Made by a program: the position numbers and the translations under genes. From assembly GCA_041743105.1 (NCBI GenBank), contig JBGTNI010000010.1:13589-77588 (forward strand): DNA of 64,000 nt, in the 5' to 3' direction. The notes below the pieces were generated by a model that made no database searches, was not told the origin of the DNA, and was given only the letters and a program-made list of their open reading frames with translations. The stretch is from Mycobacteriales bacterium (GTDB lineage: Bacteria > Actinomycetota > Actinomycetes > Mycobacteriales > QHCE01). Below, one piece after another: positions 30,347-39,702 of this stretch (its first letter is position 1; each line of letters starts with the position of its first letter).

Positions 30347-30742
30347 CTACAACCGGGAGCTGGGAGCTAGGAGCAACACGGCACATGTCAGGCAGTACAC
30401 CCCCACAGTGACGCCCGCGACTGTCACGACGGTTCCACCCTCACCCGTAACCATAAAAAACGCCACCGGCAGCGCCATGAGCTGTAGCACAATGGCGGCA
30501 CCGCGTGGCCAGGAACGGCGCAGCGTCAACAGCACGCCGAGTCGGTACAGCACGATGGCCAGCCCCCCCGCAGCCAGGCTTAACAATACGGCCACCCCGG
30601 GGTTAGCAGAGTCCGCAGTGAGCACCTTTACCAGCACAAACATCGCTAGACCGGCGGCAAACACCGCCTCGACCCATAGGCCTAGCACCGCTAGCCGCAG
30701 CGGGAAAGGACCGTCGGGGGGCTCGGCGTTCACAGCGTTCAT
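30347..30742 (-). CDS. hypothetical four-TM membrane protein
   Basis: 131 aa of hydrophobic helices. No motif is recognised. Confidence 0.5.
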   Translation of the reverse strand: MNAVNAEPPDGPFPLRLAVLGLWVEAVFAAGLAMFVLVKVLTADSANPGVAVLLSLAAGGLAIVLYRLGVLLTLRRSWPRGAAIVLQLMALPVAFFMVTGEGGTVVTVAGVTVGVYCLTCAVLLLAPSSRL

Positions 30743-30745
30743 GCA

Positions 30746-30937
30746 GGGACTCCCAGCTGTAGGGCGTTGGATCAGGGAGGTGGCGGAAGTTAGCTAGTTG
30801 CGAAGTTAGCTAGTACCGTCCAGTCGAGTATCGCAAGGCAGACGACGACCGCGTGCCGGGGCACGCGGGAGGAGGACAACACCGCGAGACGAAGCGCTGG
30901 GGGACACCGAGCCCAACAGTCCTATAGCTGGGAGCCC
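30746..30937 (+). repeat. MITE-like element, family B copy 1
   Basis: Ends are gggactcccagctgtagg and cctatagctgggagccc. It aligns with 34194..34355 and carries an internal duplication of gaagttagctagt. Confidence 0.8.
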
Positions 30938-31120
30938 TTAGTGGTCGCGCGGATAGGTAACTGTTCTACTGCGGCGCTCCCTGGCGCTTCGGCTGGCTGC
31001 GTTGTCGTCGTCGCCCATGCATCCAGCATGGACTCCTTCTCCGCCTTGCCATCCTCGACCAGACCAGCGCACCCTAACTTCGGCACCTCGCAACAAACGA
31101 CCTATTGGCGCGACCACTAA
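30938..31120 (+). repeat. MITE/REP-like element, family A copy 2 (abuts B1)
   Basis: Ends are ttagtggtcgcgcggataggt and acctattggcgcgaccactaa. It aligns with the reverse complement of 5434..5600. Confidence 0.8.
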
Positions 31121-31188
31121 ACCTACGGCGACGCAACCTCGATGGCGGCGTGAGGCCTCACCGACGCGCTCGAGTACAGTCGCTCCTC

Positions 31189-32163
31189 GTGCGCGCGGTA
31201 CTGATCGTCAACCCTGCGGCCACCACGGCCAGCCCTCGGCGACGCGATGTACTTGCCAGCGCTTTGGCCGCAGAAGCCGATCTCACTGTTAGGCACACCA
31301 CCGGTCGTGGCCACGCCACGGCCCTGGCACACGACGCCGCTGGTGACGGTGTGGAACTAGTGGTCTGTCTCAGCGGAGATGGCACCATCAACGAGGTGGT
31401 CAACGGCATCCTCACAGCCACCCATTCATCCCAGGCTTCCGGACCGGTGCCCCTGCTGGGAATCGTGCCAGGCGGTTACACCAATGTCTTCTGCCGAGCC
31501 CTGGGGCTGCCACGCGATCCGGTGGAAGCTACCGGCGCGCTACTAGAGGCGATACGACATCGGCAGTCTCGGACGGTCGGGCTGGGTAAGCTCAATGATC
31601 GCTGGTTCACCTTCTGCGCCGGAGTGGGGTTCGACGCCGATGTGATGCGCCACGTCGAGAATCGCCGTCGCAGCGGAAGCCGCTGCACAACCGCGCTGTA
31701 CGCCGGCGCCGCCGTCGCCGAATACACTCGGCGCGTCCGCTCCGCCTCACCGGCGTTCACAATCACCGACCACACCGGCAGCCGACACCAGCTTGCGATG
31801 GCGGTTGTGCAGAACACGTCACCCTGGACCTATCTGGGCAGTCGACCGATCCACGGGTCGCGCACCGCATCCTTCGAGACCGGTCTCGACCTCATGGGAC
31901 TGACGTCGCTCACGCCGCGCGTATTGCTCCGCAGTGTGATCCAACTATTGAGTACCGGGGCGCAGGCTGGACATGGCATCCTGACCCTGCACGATGCTTG
32001 CACACTCACCATTCGCGCCGAGCGCCCCGTCGCGGTGCACGTGGACGGCGACTTTGTAGGAGAGCGCGAGCTCGCGGTATTCAGTGCCGCTCCTGCTGCG
32101 CTACGCGTCGCTGTCCCGCAGCCGCGAGGGGCAGACGTTGTAGCACATTCTGAACTACACTAG
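31189..32163 (+). CDS. diacylglycerol kinase catalytic-domain family lipid kinase
   Basis: AVLIVNPAAT and the GDGTINEV motif. The start is set to GTG 31189 because the ATG at 31105 lies inside repeat A2. The start is uncertain. Confidence 0.7.
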   Translation: MRAVLIVNPAATTASPRRRDVLASALAAEADLTVRHTTGRGHATALAHDAAGDGVELVVCLSGDGTINEVVNGILTATHSSQASGPVPLLGIVPGGYTNVFCRALGLPRDPVEATGALLEAIRHRQSRTVGLGKLNDRWFTFCAGVGFDADVMRHVENRRRSGSRCTTALYAGAAVAEYTRRVRSASPAFTITDHTGSRHQLAMAVVQNTSPWTYLGSRPIHGSRTASFETGLDLMGLTSLTPRVLLRSVIQLLSTGAQAGHGILTLHDACTLTIRAERPVAVHVDGDFVGERELAVFSAAPAALRVAVPQPRGADVVAHSELH

Positions 32164-32368
32164 TAGCATCGGTGGTGGCATATCGGCTAAGCTCGACATT
32201 GCTTCATGTCGGCTTTGACGTAGAGTTCCCTGCAATATCGAGTTCAGCTGCTGGGCCGTCTCCGATCCGCAATGGTAACAACCTCGTAGAACCCGAATAA
32301 TGCCTACGGTGAGGCTGCTCACGGATCGGTATCGATAAGCCGAAACAGGCTTGACAGCTACAGATCTC

Positions 32369-32382
32369 GTGAAAGTATTCAC
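32369..32382. promoter_or_regulatory. CRP/FNR-type palindrome GTGA-N6-TCAC upstream of whiB1
   Basis: cGTGAaagtatTCACa lies about 185 nt upstream of the whiB1 ATG. A ttgaca hexamer sits at 32351. Confidence 0.45.
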
Positions 32383-32566
32383 AAGCGAGTTCGAATTCGT
32401 ATCGCGGTGCGTTCCCGCCCCAATGACTTAGTCTGAGGAACGACTCAGTATCGCACCCGTCACGTCGCCGGACCACTCGGCCTACTCGGCACCGACCAAC
32501 GCCGAGCTATGTCGTTGTCACTGAGAACCTCTTGCTCGATTTCGATGCGCAACAAGGAGTAACACC

Positions 32567-32818
32567 ATGGATTGGCGCCATAGCGCCCTCTGCCGTGACG
32601 AAGACCCGGAGCTTTTCTTCCCGATTGGAAACTCCGGGCCGGCGTTGCTGCAGGTAGATCGTGCTAAGGCAGTGTGCCAACGCTGCCCAGTTACGGATGC
32701 CTGCTTGCAATGGGCGCTCGACTCAGGTCAGGACGCCGGCGTGTGGGGTGGCATGAGTGAAGATGAACGCCGTGCACTCAAACGGCATAGCATCCGCACT
32801 CCGCTACACACCGCCTAA
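32567..32818 (+). CDS. whiB1: WhiB-family Fe-S transcription factor, WhiB1-like
   Basis: MDWRHSALCRDEDPELFFPIGNSGPALLQ...CQRCPVTDAC...GVWGGMSEDERRALKR closely matches my recollection of mycobacterial WhiB1. Confidence 0.85.
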   Translation: MDWRHSALCRDEDPELFFPIGNSGPALLQVDRAKAVCQRCPVTDACLQWALDSGQDAGVWGGMSEDERRALKRHSIRTPLHTA

Positions 32819-32841
32819 GCGCGAGCGAAAAGCTACTAACT

Positions 32842-32885
32842 ATGGCGTAGGGTCAGGTCGACTTTTCGACCTGACCCTACGCCAT
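32842..32885. terminator. 20-bp perfect-stem bidirectional hairpin (whiB1 / dgt)
   Basis: atggcgtagggtcaggtcga-cttt-tcgacctgaccctacgccat. Confidence 0.7.
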
Positions 32886-32940
32886 TCATAACGATTTCGG
32901 CGCTATCGAGCCCGACTGGACTCGGTTACGAGTTCAGCAT

Positions 32941-34188
32941 CTATCCGCGCGTGCTCTGAGGGCCGAGTCGGGCACACCACGTCGGTACGGAACGGTCGGT
33001 CAAGCTGGCCACCTGGTCGATGAGCACTCGTAGCCGCGCGGCGTCGTCACCGGCCTGTTCCCACCACGGTCGAAATACCGCGTCCAAACATTCCGGCGTC
33101 TGCTGCTGCACCAGCTCCATCAGATGCGCTAACTGCGCCTGCTGCCTCCGGTAACGCGCTTGACTGCCTGGCCGGCTCATCACGTAGCGCAACGCGATCC
33201 CCTTGAGCAACGCACACTCGGCGCGAAGTCGCGCCGGTATCGACAGATCGGCCTCATAGCGCGATACCGACGATCCGTAGCGCTGCACCGTAGCGGTCAC
33301 GACACCGCGTACCAACCGGCCGACGAGCGAACTGGTGGCCTGTTTCATGACCGCCTGGGATCGGTGGCTGCCGTCGTAATCGGCTAGAGCACGCAGCGCG
33401 GGCAGCGCTATAAGCTCGGTAAGAACATCGGCATACCGATCCGCGCTGCCGACCTCACTGGAGGCCGCTACCTGCTCGCACAGCGCCTCCCGTTCGGCGG
33501 GATCATTTAGCTCACCCAGCCGAATGTGCCCGGCTTGAACGCCATCTTCTACATCGTGCACCGAGTAGGCTACGTCGTCTGCCCAGTCCATCACCTGCGC
33601 TTCAAGGCATCGATGGCCGACAGGTGCATCGTCGCGCAGCCAGGCAAAGATCTCGACGTCATCGGCGTAGACGCCGAACTTCCGACCTCGCTGCGGCGAA
33701 TACGGCCAGGGGTACTTAGTGGCGGCGTCGAGTACGGCGCGCGTGAGATTGAGCCCGGCGCTGCGCCCATTCTGGTGGAGCACCTTAGGCTCGAGGCGAG
33801 TGAGTACCCGCAGCGTCTGAGCATTGCCTTCGAAGCCACCGCAGGGCTGCGCGAGCTCGTGCAACGTTTCTTCACCATTGTGTCCGAACGGCGGATGGCC
33901 TAGATCGTGAGCTAGCCCAGCGGCGTCGACCACGTCCGGATCGCAACCCAGCGCTGCCCCGAGTTCTCGACCGATCTGCGCCACTTCTAATGAGTGCGTC
34001 AGGCGGGTGCGAGGAAAGTCTTCTTCGCCTGCGGTCTCGACCTGCGTCTTGGCTGCCAGGCGGCGCAGCGCCGCGGAGTGCAGCACACGTGCCCGATCCC
34101 GAGAGAACTCCGAACGGCCCGGTTGCGCATCGGACGAGGGGTGTTCAGGGACATATCGGGCTATCGCGGATGCGTCGTAACCACGCAT
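32941..34188 (-). CDS. dgt: dGTP triphosphohydrolase-like HD-domain protein
   Basis: Trimmed to ATG at 34188 (MRGYDASAIARY...). HD motifs HSLEVAQIGR and HDLGHPPFGH. The ORF-track extension runs through repeat B2. Confidence 0.85.
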   Translation of the reverse strand: MRGYDASAIARYVPEHPSSDAQPGRSEFSRDRARVLHSAALRRLAAKTQVETAGEEDFPRTRLTHSLEVAQIGRELGAALGCDPDVVDAAGLAHDLGHPPFGHNGEETLHELAQPCGGFEGNAQTLRVLTRLEPKVLHQNGRSAGLNLTRAVLDAATKYPWPYSPQRGRKFGVYADDVEIFAWLRDDAPVGHRCLEAQVMDWADDVAYSVHDVEDGVQAGHIRLGELNDPAEREALCEQVAASSEVGSADRYADVLTELIALPALRALADYDGSHRSQAVMKQATSSLVGRLVRGVVTATVQRYGSSVSRYEADLSIPARLRAECALLKGIALRYVMSRPGSQARYRRQQAQLAHLMELVQQQTPECLDAVFRPWWEQAGDDAARLRVLIDQVASLTDRSVPTWCARLGPQSTRG

Positions 34189-34193
34189 GGCAC

Positions 34194-34355
34194 TAGGGCT
34201 CTCGGCAGTAGGGCGTTGGATCAGGGAGGTGGCTCCCGGTCGAGTATCGCAAGGCGGACGACGACCGCGTGCCGGGGCACGCGGGAGGAGGACAACACCG
34301 CGAGACGAAGTGCTGGGGGACACCGAGCCCAACAGTCCTACTGCCGAGAGCCCTA
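34194..34355 (+). repeat. MITE-like element, family B copy 2
   Basis: Perfect 19-bp terminal inverted repeat, tagggctctcggcagtagg / cctactgccgagagcccta. Its last bases supply the stop codon of the 34353..35120 gene. Confidence 0.85.
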
Positions 34356-35120
34356 AGGGCACGGCCGCAGATCGTCGCCGTCGGTGACCACGGGGATACG
34401 CTCAGTACGGCTGGTCCCATTGTCGAGCTCTTGCCGGACCTTCACCGTGAAATCCGCGTCATTTCCACCCGACAGCGCCACGCCCTGTACGTCATAGTTG
34501 CGCAGCTTCGGCGATGCCTGCTGCTCGGCGATGAATTCCTGCTCCGTTTGACCGTCCCTATTCTTATTGCGGTCGCACATCAGATCGTATGCCTTATCGA
34601 AGCGCTGTTCGCGCAGCGCATCCAGGTACTCCTGCGTGCTCTCACTTGCCCGATCGCGCTCAAATTCGAGGCTGCGATAGACCAGATAGGAAATGCCAGC
34701 ACCACAGCCGCAGCACAACACCAGGATCACGGCGGCGACGGAAAGCCAGATAATCCAGCTCTTTCTGCGCTTGCGGGAAGCATCTGGCGGCATCATGCCG
34801 TAGCCTCCAGATCCCGGGAACTGACCAGGCACCGGCGCTGGATAGGGGGGCTGACCGTAACCGGGCTGAGCACCATAGCCATACGGGGGCTGACCGTAAC
34901 CAGCAGGGGGCGGAGGCGATGCCTCTCCACTAGCCGGCGCTCCCGACGTCAGCGGCTCCGCCGGCGATGCCTGGGCGCCTGCACCCGCCGAACTATCCTC
35001 GGGCTTTCCCGACTGTGACGCCACGGCAGGATCGGCGGTGGAATCGTTCCCCCGGTGCGAAGTGGCAGGTTGCTGCGAGTCCCCGGCCGGGGATTGCGGG
35101 AAGTTGGATGACTCGGTCAT
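34353..35120 (-). CDS. hypothetical single-pass membrane protein (Pro/Gly/Tyr-rich N-terminus)
   Basis: PPYGYGAQPGYGQPPYPAP low-complexity region, a TM segment (WIIWLSVAAVILVLCCGCGAGI), then a ~110-aa C-terminal domain. Confidence 0.55.
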   Translation of the reverse strand: MTESSNFPQSPAGDSQQPATSHRGNDSTADPAVASQSGKPEDSSAGAGAQASPAEPLTSGAPASGEASPPPPAGYGQPPYGYGAQPGYGQPPYPAPVPGQFPGSGGYGMMPPDASRKRRKSWIIWLSVAAVILVLCCGCGAGISYLVYRSLEFERDRASESTQEYLDALREQRFDKAYDLMCDRNKNRDGQTEQEFIAEQQASPKLRNYDVQGVALSGGNDADFTVKVRQELDNGTSRTERIPVVTDGDDLRPCP

Positions 35121-35138
35121 GGCGGTGAGTGTATTAAA

Positions 35139-35344
35139 GAGCTCTCAACCTAGGACTGCTGGGCTCGGTGTCCTTCAGAGCTTCGTCTCGCGATGCTGTG
35201 CTTCCCGCGTGCACAGCACCCGATGGCAGGCTCGCAAGCTCACCCGGGCCGCACGCGCCTCATAGTCGGTCTTACGATACTCGACTGACCACGCCAACGT
35301 AACTTCGCGCCTCTCTTATGCAACGCCTTACTGTTGGGGAGCCC
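35139..35344 (-). repeat. MITE-like element, family B copy 3 (inverted, diverged)
   Basis: Its reverse complement aligns with B1/B2 (..gtcgagtatcg..gcacgcggga..cgcgagacgaag..ggacaccgagccca). Ends are gagctctcaacctagg and ccttactgttggggagccc. Confidence 0.7.
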
Positions 35345-35436
35345 TACTCGGCGCGGGTGCTGCCTCTCGCGGGAGACTGACTCTTAAGCACACATGCACA
35401 CATGCGTCTTTGACAATGTGAGGAACTTTATCGAGA

Positions 35437-36363
35437 GTGAATTTCATGTGCAAAAAAACCCCCTCCCTCATGGTGCTTATCGGATTAGCGATCGGCCTAA
35501 CTGCCTGCGGTGCCGGCAAGGACAGCGACTCCCGGCTCGACATCGTAGCCGGCTTCTACCCACTGGCGTACATCTCAGAGCAGGTTGGCGGAGAGTTTGT
35601 CGAGGTAACCACCCTGGCGGCATCCAACACCGAGCCACACGACCTCGAACTCACCCCCAAGCAACGGACGCGAGTCGCCGACGCAGACTTGGTTGTGTAC
35701 CTCAAGGGATTCCAGCCTGCTTTCGACGATGCGGTCTCCGACCACAATAGAGATCGCGGATTCGACGCCGCCGGGGTAGAACCACTCCTAGACGGCTACA
35801 CACCCATTGATGGCGAACAGGAACACGAGACGCTGGAAGAAGACGGTAAAGGCAAGGATCCGCACGTCTGGCTCAACCCGATCCGGCTCGCCAACCTAGT
35901 ACAGGGTTTGGCGAAGCGCTTCACCGAAATACAACCCAGTCACGGCGAGGCTTTCAACATTGCCGCGGCGAAGCTAAGAGGCCGGCTCCAAGCGCTCGAC
36001 ACCGAGATCGACGCGGCGCTGGCCAACTGCCAGTCACGCACCATCGTGGTGAGCCACAACGCCTTCGGCTACTTCGCCGAGCGCTACGATCTGCGGCAGG
36101 TCGCGATATCGGGTCTAAGCCCCGAACAAGAACCCTCGCCGGAACGGCTTGCCGAGGTAAGCCGCATCGCTGAGCGCAACCACGTCGACACGGTGTTCTT
36201 CGAGTCAGTCGTGAGCCCTAAGGTTGCAGAGACCATCGCTGCCGAGATCGGCGCTAAGACCGCGAAGCTAGATCCGATCGAGACCAAGCCCAACTCCGGC
36301 GACTACTTCGATCAGATGCGGGCAAACACCCAAGCGCTGCGTACCGCCCTCAAATGCAGTTAG
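35437..36363 (+). CDS. metal (Zn/Mn) ABC transporter substrate-binding lipoprotein (ZnuA/TroA family)
   Basis: Lipobox LTAC; DPHVWLNP motif; acidic loop EQEHETLEEDGKGKD. Confidence 0.75.
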   Translation: MNFMCKKTPSLMVLIGLAIGLTACGAGKDSDSRLDIVAGFYPLAYISEQVGGEFVEVTTLAASNTEPHDLELTPKQRTRVADADLVVYLKGFQPAFDDAVSDHNRDRGFDAAGVEPLLDGYTPIDGEQEHETLEEDGKGKDPHVWLNPIRLANLVQGLAKRFTEIQPSHGEAFNIAAAKLRGRLQALDTEIDAALANCQSRTIVVSHNAFGYFAERYDLRQVAISGLSPEQEPSPERLAEVSRIAERNHVDTVFFESVVSPKVAETIAAEIGAKTAKLDPIETKPNSGDYFDQMRANTQALRTALKCS

Positions 36364-36412
36364 AACCCGATAAGCGAGCGCCGACCTCTAAGAGCGTGTC
36401 TAAGGTCAACTC

Positions 36413-37198
36413 ATGACCTTGAGCGAACCCGCATTGGAATGCCAACAGGTCGAGGTGGGTTTCGCGAGGCAGTCGGTACTCGAAGATCTCACGTTTCGGA
36501 TCCACCAGGGTGAGGTGGTAGCGCTGCTGGGAGCCAACGGAGCCGGTAAGTCCACGTTGGTCAAAGCCGCGCTGGGTCTCGTTCCGCTACGACGCGGCCA
36601 GATCCATCTCCTGGGAACTCCGTTGTCGCGATTTCGGGCATCCAGGCGCGTGGGGTACGTACCGCAGCGGCTCGGCGCCGAAAGCGGCGTTCCCGCAACA
36701 GTGCGCGAGGTGGTCTACTCCGGTCGGCTTGCCCGCCGCGGCATGCTGCGATGGCCTCACAAGGCTGACCGCAACGCCGTCATCACCGCTATGGATACGG
36801 TAGACATCGGCGACCTAGCGCGACGCAGCGTGGGCACGCTCTCGGGCGGACAGCAGCAACGTGTACTCATCGCACGCGCACTGGCCGGCGAACCCGAGCT
36901 GCTACTGCTCGACGAGCCGACTGCGGGCATCGACGCCAGCAGTCAGCGGGCGTTTCACGAGGCACTCGCCACGCTCAAGCAGCGTGGTGTCACCATCGTG
37001 CTCGTCGCTCATGAGCTCGGGCTGCTGGCACCTCTCATCACCCGGGTTCTAGTGCTCGCCGGCGGTGGCATCGCCTTCGATGGTCCGGCTACGGCGGCGG
37101 CAGCCGACCAGATCGCGTGCAACGACATTGCCCATCGGCTAGCTCACGTCGCGGACCATCCGCACGCTACCGCGACAACCAACCTCTGGGGAAGTTAG
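36413..37198 (+). CDS. metal ABC transporter ATP-binding protein (ZnuC-like)
   Basis: Walker A GANGAGKST, signature LSGGQQQR and Walker B LLLDEP. Confidence 0.8.
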   Translation: MTLSEPALECQQVEVGFARQSVLEDLTFRIHQGEVVALLGANGAGKSTLVKAALGLVPLRRGQIHLLGTPLSRFRASRRVGYVPQRLGAESGVPATVREVVYSGRLARRGMLRWPHKADRNAVITAMDTVDIGDLARRSVGTLSGGQQQRVLIARALAGEPELLLLDEPTAGIDASSQRAFHEALATLKQRGVTIVLVAHELGLLAPLITRVLVLAGGGIAFDGPATAAAADQIACNDIAHRLAHVADHPHATATTNLWGS

Positions 37199-37202
37199 TA
37201 CC

Positions 37203-38036
37203 GTGGAACTTCTGAGCTACGACTTCATGGTGCGGGCGCTGCTCGCAGCACTTCTGGTAGGGGTGACCGCACCCGCCGTCGGGGTGTATCTGGTACAGAG
37301 ACGCATGTCACTGCTGGGCGACGGCATGGGACACATTGCGCTCACCGGCGTCGCAATGGGTTTTCTGCTCGGTACCGCGCCTGTGCTAACGGCGGTGATC
37401 GTCACCGCGATCGGCGCCATTGCTTTGGAACTGATTCGTTCCCTGGGCCGCACCTCGGGTGATGTAGCGCTTGCGATCATGTTCTACGGCGGCATCGCCG
37501 GTGGGGTGCTGCTCATCGGCTTGTCAGACGGCTCGAGCACCAACCTGAGTTCGTACCTGTTTGGCTCGCTACTGACGACCTCATCCGAGGACCTTGTACT
37601 CATCACCGGACTTGCCGTGGGCGTGCTCGCCGTAACGCTGCTACTGCGCCCGTGGCTGTTTGCGGTCTGTCACGATGAGGAGTTCGCGATCGTTTCCGGG
37701 CTTCCGGTCCGGCTACTCAACCTCTTACTCGCCGTAACAGCGGCGGTCACGGTCACTGTTGCGATGCGCGCGGTAGGGCTGCTGTTGGTGAGCGCGCTCA
37801 TGGTGATCCCGGTGGCCACGGTGCAACAACTCGCCGGTGGCTTCCTGACAACCGTGCTGGCGGCGATCGGGCTGGGAGCCGTCGTAGCGCTCACCGGAGC
37901 GGTAGGTTCGTACTATCTAGACACTGCGTCCGGCGCAGCTATCGTGGTGTTGGCGATCATAGTGTTTATGCTGGTGAGCGCCGGAACAGGGCTCCATCGT
38001 CTGTTGCTCCGGCGGCGTACACACAGCACCGGCTAG
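37203..38036 (+). CDS. metal ABC transporter permease (ZnuB-like)
   Basis: Polytopic ABC-3 family layout with a GTG start. Confidence 0.75.
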   Translation: MELLSYDFMVRALLAALLVGVTAPAVGVYLVQRRMSLLGDGMGHIALTGVAMGFLLGTAPVLTAVIVTAIGAIALELIRSLGRTSGDVALAIMFYGGIAGGVLLIGLSDGSSTNLSSYLFGSLLTTSSEDLVLITGLAVGVLAVTLLLRPWLFAVCHDEEFAIVSGLPVRLLNLLLAVTAAVTVTVAMRAVGLLLVSALMVIPVATVQQLAGGFLTTVLAAIGLGAVVALTGAVGSYYLDTASGAAIVVLAIIVFMLVSAGTGLHRLLLRRRTHSTG

Positions 38037-38087
38037 TGCTAGCCATTTACTCATCAGCACGGGCTACCCATCATCAGCAGGAGCAGT

Positions 38088-38381
38088 ATGAGCAGAACTG
38101 GGCAGTACGGAGCTACGGCTGAACTGTTCAAAGCGCTCACGGCACCGGTGCGCGTGGCGATCGTGATAGAGCTGATAGAGCAACCACGCCGCGTACACGA
38201 ATTGGTAGATACCCTCGATGCGCCGCAACCGCTGATCTCCCAGCACCTGCGGATTCTTCGCGGGGCTGGCCTGGTGCGCGGCGAGCGTCACGGACGCGAA
38301 GTAGCATATGCGCTGGTGGACTCCCATGTTGCCCGGATCGTGACTGACGCGGTGCAACACGCGGCTGAACGGCACACCTAG
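38088..38381 (+). CDS. smtB: ArsR/SmtB family metalloregulator
   Basis: Winged HTH ELFKALTAPVRVAIVIELIEQPRRVHELVDTLDAPQPLISQHLRILRGAGLV, followed by a Fur-family gene as in the mycobacterial smtB-zur pair. Confidence 0.7.
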   Translation: MSRTGQYGATAELFKALTAPVRVAIVIELIEQPRRVHELVDTLDAPQPLISQHLRILRGAGLVRGERHGREVAYALVDSHVARIVTDAVQHAAERHT

Positions 38382-38500
38382 CTGCGCTTCGTCGGGCCCC
38401 ATGCAGCCGCCCGTGGATCCCGCCAGCGCTTTTCCCCCGACCAGACACACTCGACGCCTCACTACGAACCCCGACTGCCAGAGACTCAAGGAATCAAGAG

Positions 38501-38911
38501 ATGAATACTGCGGTACGAAATACCCGGCAGCGATCTGCTGTGGCCGCGTTGCTGAGCGAAACGGACGAGTTTCGCAGCGCCCAAGATATTCACGATCTGT
38601 TACGACAGCGAGGCACGCCCGTCGGATTGACGACGGTGTACCGCACGCTGCAATCGCTCGCCGACGCCGACGAAGTCGACGTAATGCGCCCACCCGGCGG
38701 CGACCACCTCTACCGACAATGCACCACCGAACATCACCATCACCTGGTCTGCCGAAGCTGCGGCTCCACGGTGGAAGTCACCGGTCCCACAGTCGAGCGA
38801 TGGGCACAGCGTGTCGCCGAAGAGAACAGGTTCACCGAGATCTCGCACACGTTGGAGCTATTCGGCACCTGCCACACCTGCGCGGCCAGACAGCGGCACT
38901 ACTCCTCGTAG
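38501..38911 (+). CDS. zur: Fur-family zinc uptake regulator
   Basis: HHHHLVCRSCG and C-terminal CHTC motifs in a Fur-family DNA-binding fold. Confidence 0.8.
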   Translation: MNTAVRNTRQRSAVAALLSETDEFRSAQDIHDLLRQRGTPVGLTTVYRTLQSLADADEVDVMRPPGGDHLYRQCTTEHHHHLVCRSCGSTVEVTGPTVERWAQRVAEENRFTEISHTLELFGTCHTCAARQRHYSS

Positions 38912-39702
38912 GGATCGGCTGGCTTCTCGATCTCGCGCAGTGAGCTCACCCGCAAGTAGGGGATCTTCTCGCCATTGGCGGGATCGGAGTCAGTACGCTG
39001 GTCATAGCGACCTTCGACCTCCACCCAGGTATCGAGAGGAAGTCTAGGAGGCAGGTCCCCCACCATCGTGATCTTCACCGGACGACCGTCTGCGGCGCAG
39101 CAGGACAGGATGATCCGGGTGAGCCTTACCCCACCCCCATCGCGGGGGGAGATGAATCCGCTGAGCTTCACTGTCCTGTCCCGAAGCGAAGCATCGCCTT
39201 CGAACACCGCGCGCGTGGCGTAGTCGAGCACAGTGAGCGGGACGGGATCGCCCGGCGGCAGAGGTGGATAGTCGGTGCTTGCCGGTGCAGCGACCGATGT
39301 GCCGGTGCGGACGGCGGCGTAGGAGCCCAGGGAGGGGGGTGCGATCAAGAAGATCGCAAACACTGGAAGCACCAGCAACCATGCGACCCACGGACCGGAG
39401 TGGCCATGCCCGGAATCAGCAGAGCCGGAGCCCACGCAGCCGCCCTCGGCCCGGTGTTTACCATCGTAACGGGATGCTGGTGCGGCAGCCGGTCCCGCGC
39501 TTCGCGCCCGATCGGCGCGTACCCGCTCGGCGATCTCGCGCCATAGCGTGACCGCACCGATAACGAGCAGTATCGCCGCAGAGACGATCAGAAACGGCCT
39601 AAGACCTTCTTTGACGTACCGCAAGTACACATCGGTGAGGCTGATACGCAGCGCCGCGCCGCCAACCAACAGCATCAGCAGGCTCTGGGTTTCACGGTTC
39701 AT
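38899..39702 (-). CDS. DUF1980/TIGR03943-type membrane protein (permease partner subunit)
   Basis: Trimmed to the ATG at 39702, which forms an ATGA overlap with the permease stop. It has two N-terminal TM segments, the loop stretch GSADSGHGHSGPW, and a C-terminal domain with SCCAADG. Confidence 0.65.
   Translation of the reverse strand: MNRETQSLLMLLVGGAALRISLTDVYLRYVKEGLRPFLIVSAAILLVIGAVTLWREIAERVRADRARSAGPAAAPASRYDGKHRAEGGCVGSGSADSGHGHSGPWVAWLLVLPVFAIFLIAPPSLGSYAAVRTGTSVAAPASTDYPPLPPGDPVPLTVLDYATRAVFEGDASLRDRTVKLSGFISPRDGGGVRLTRIILSCCAADGRPVKITMVGDLPPRLPLDTWVEVEGRYDQRTDSDPANGEKIPYLRVSSLREIEKPADPYEE

Noticed and set aside
34269-35018. 249-aa plus-strand ORF
   Set aside because: It is antisense to the Pro/Gly/Tyr-rich membrane protein gene and begins inside repeat B2.
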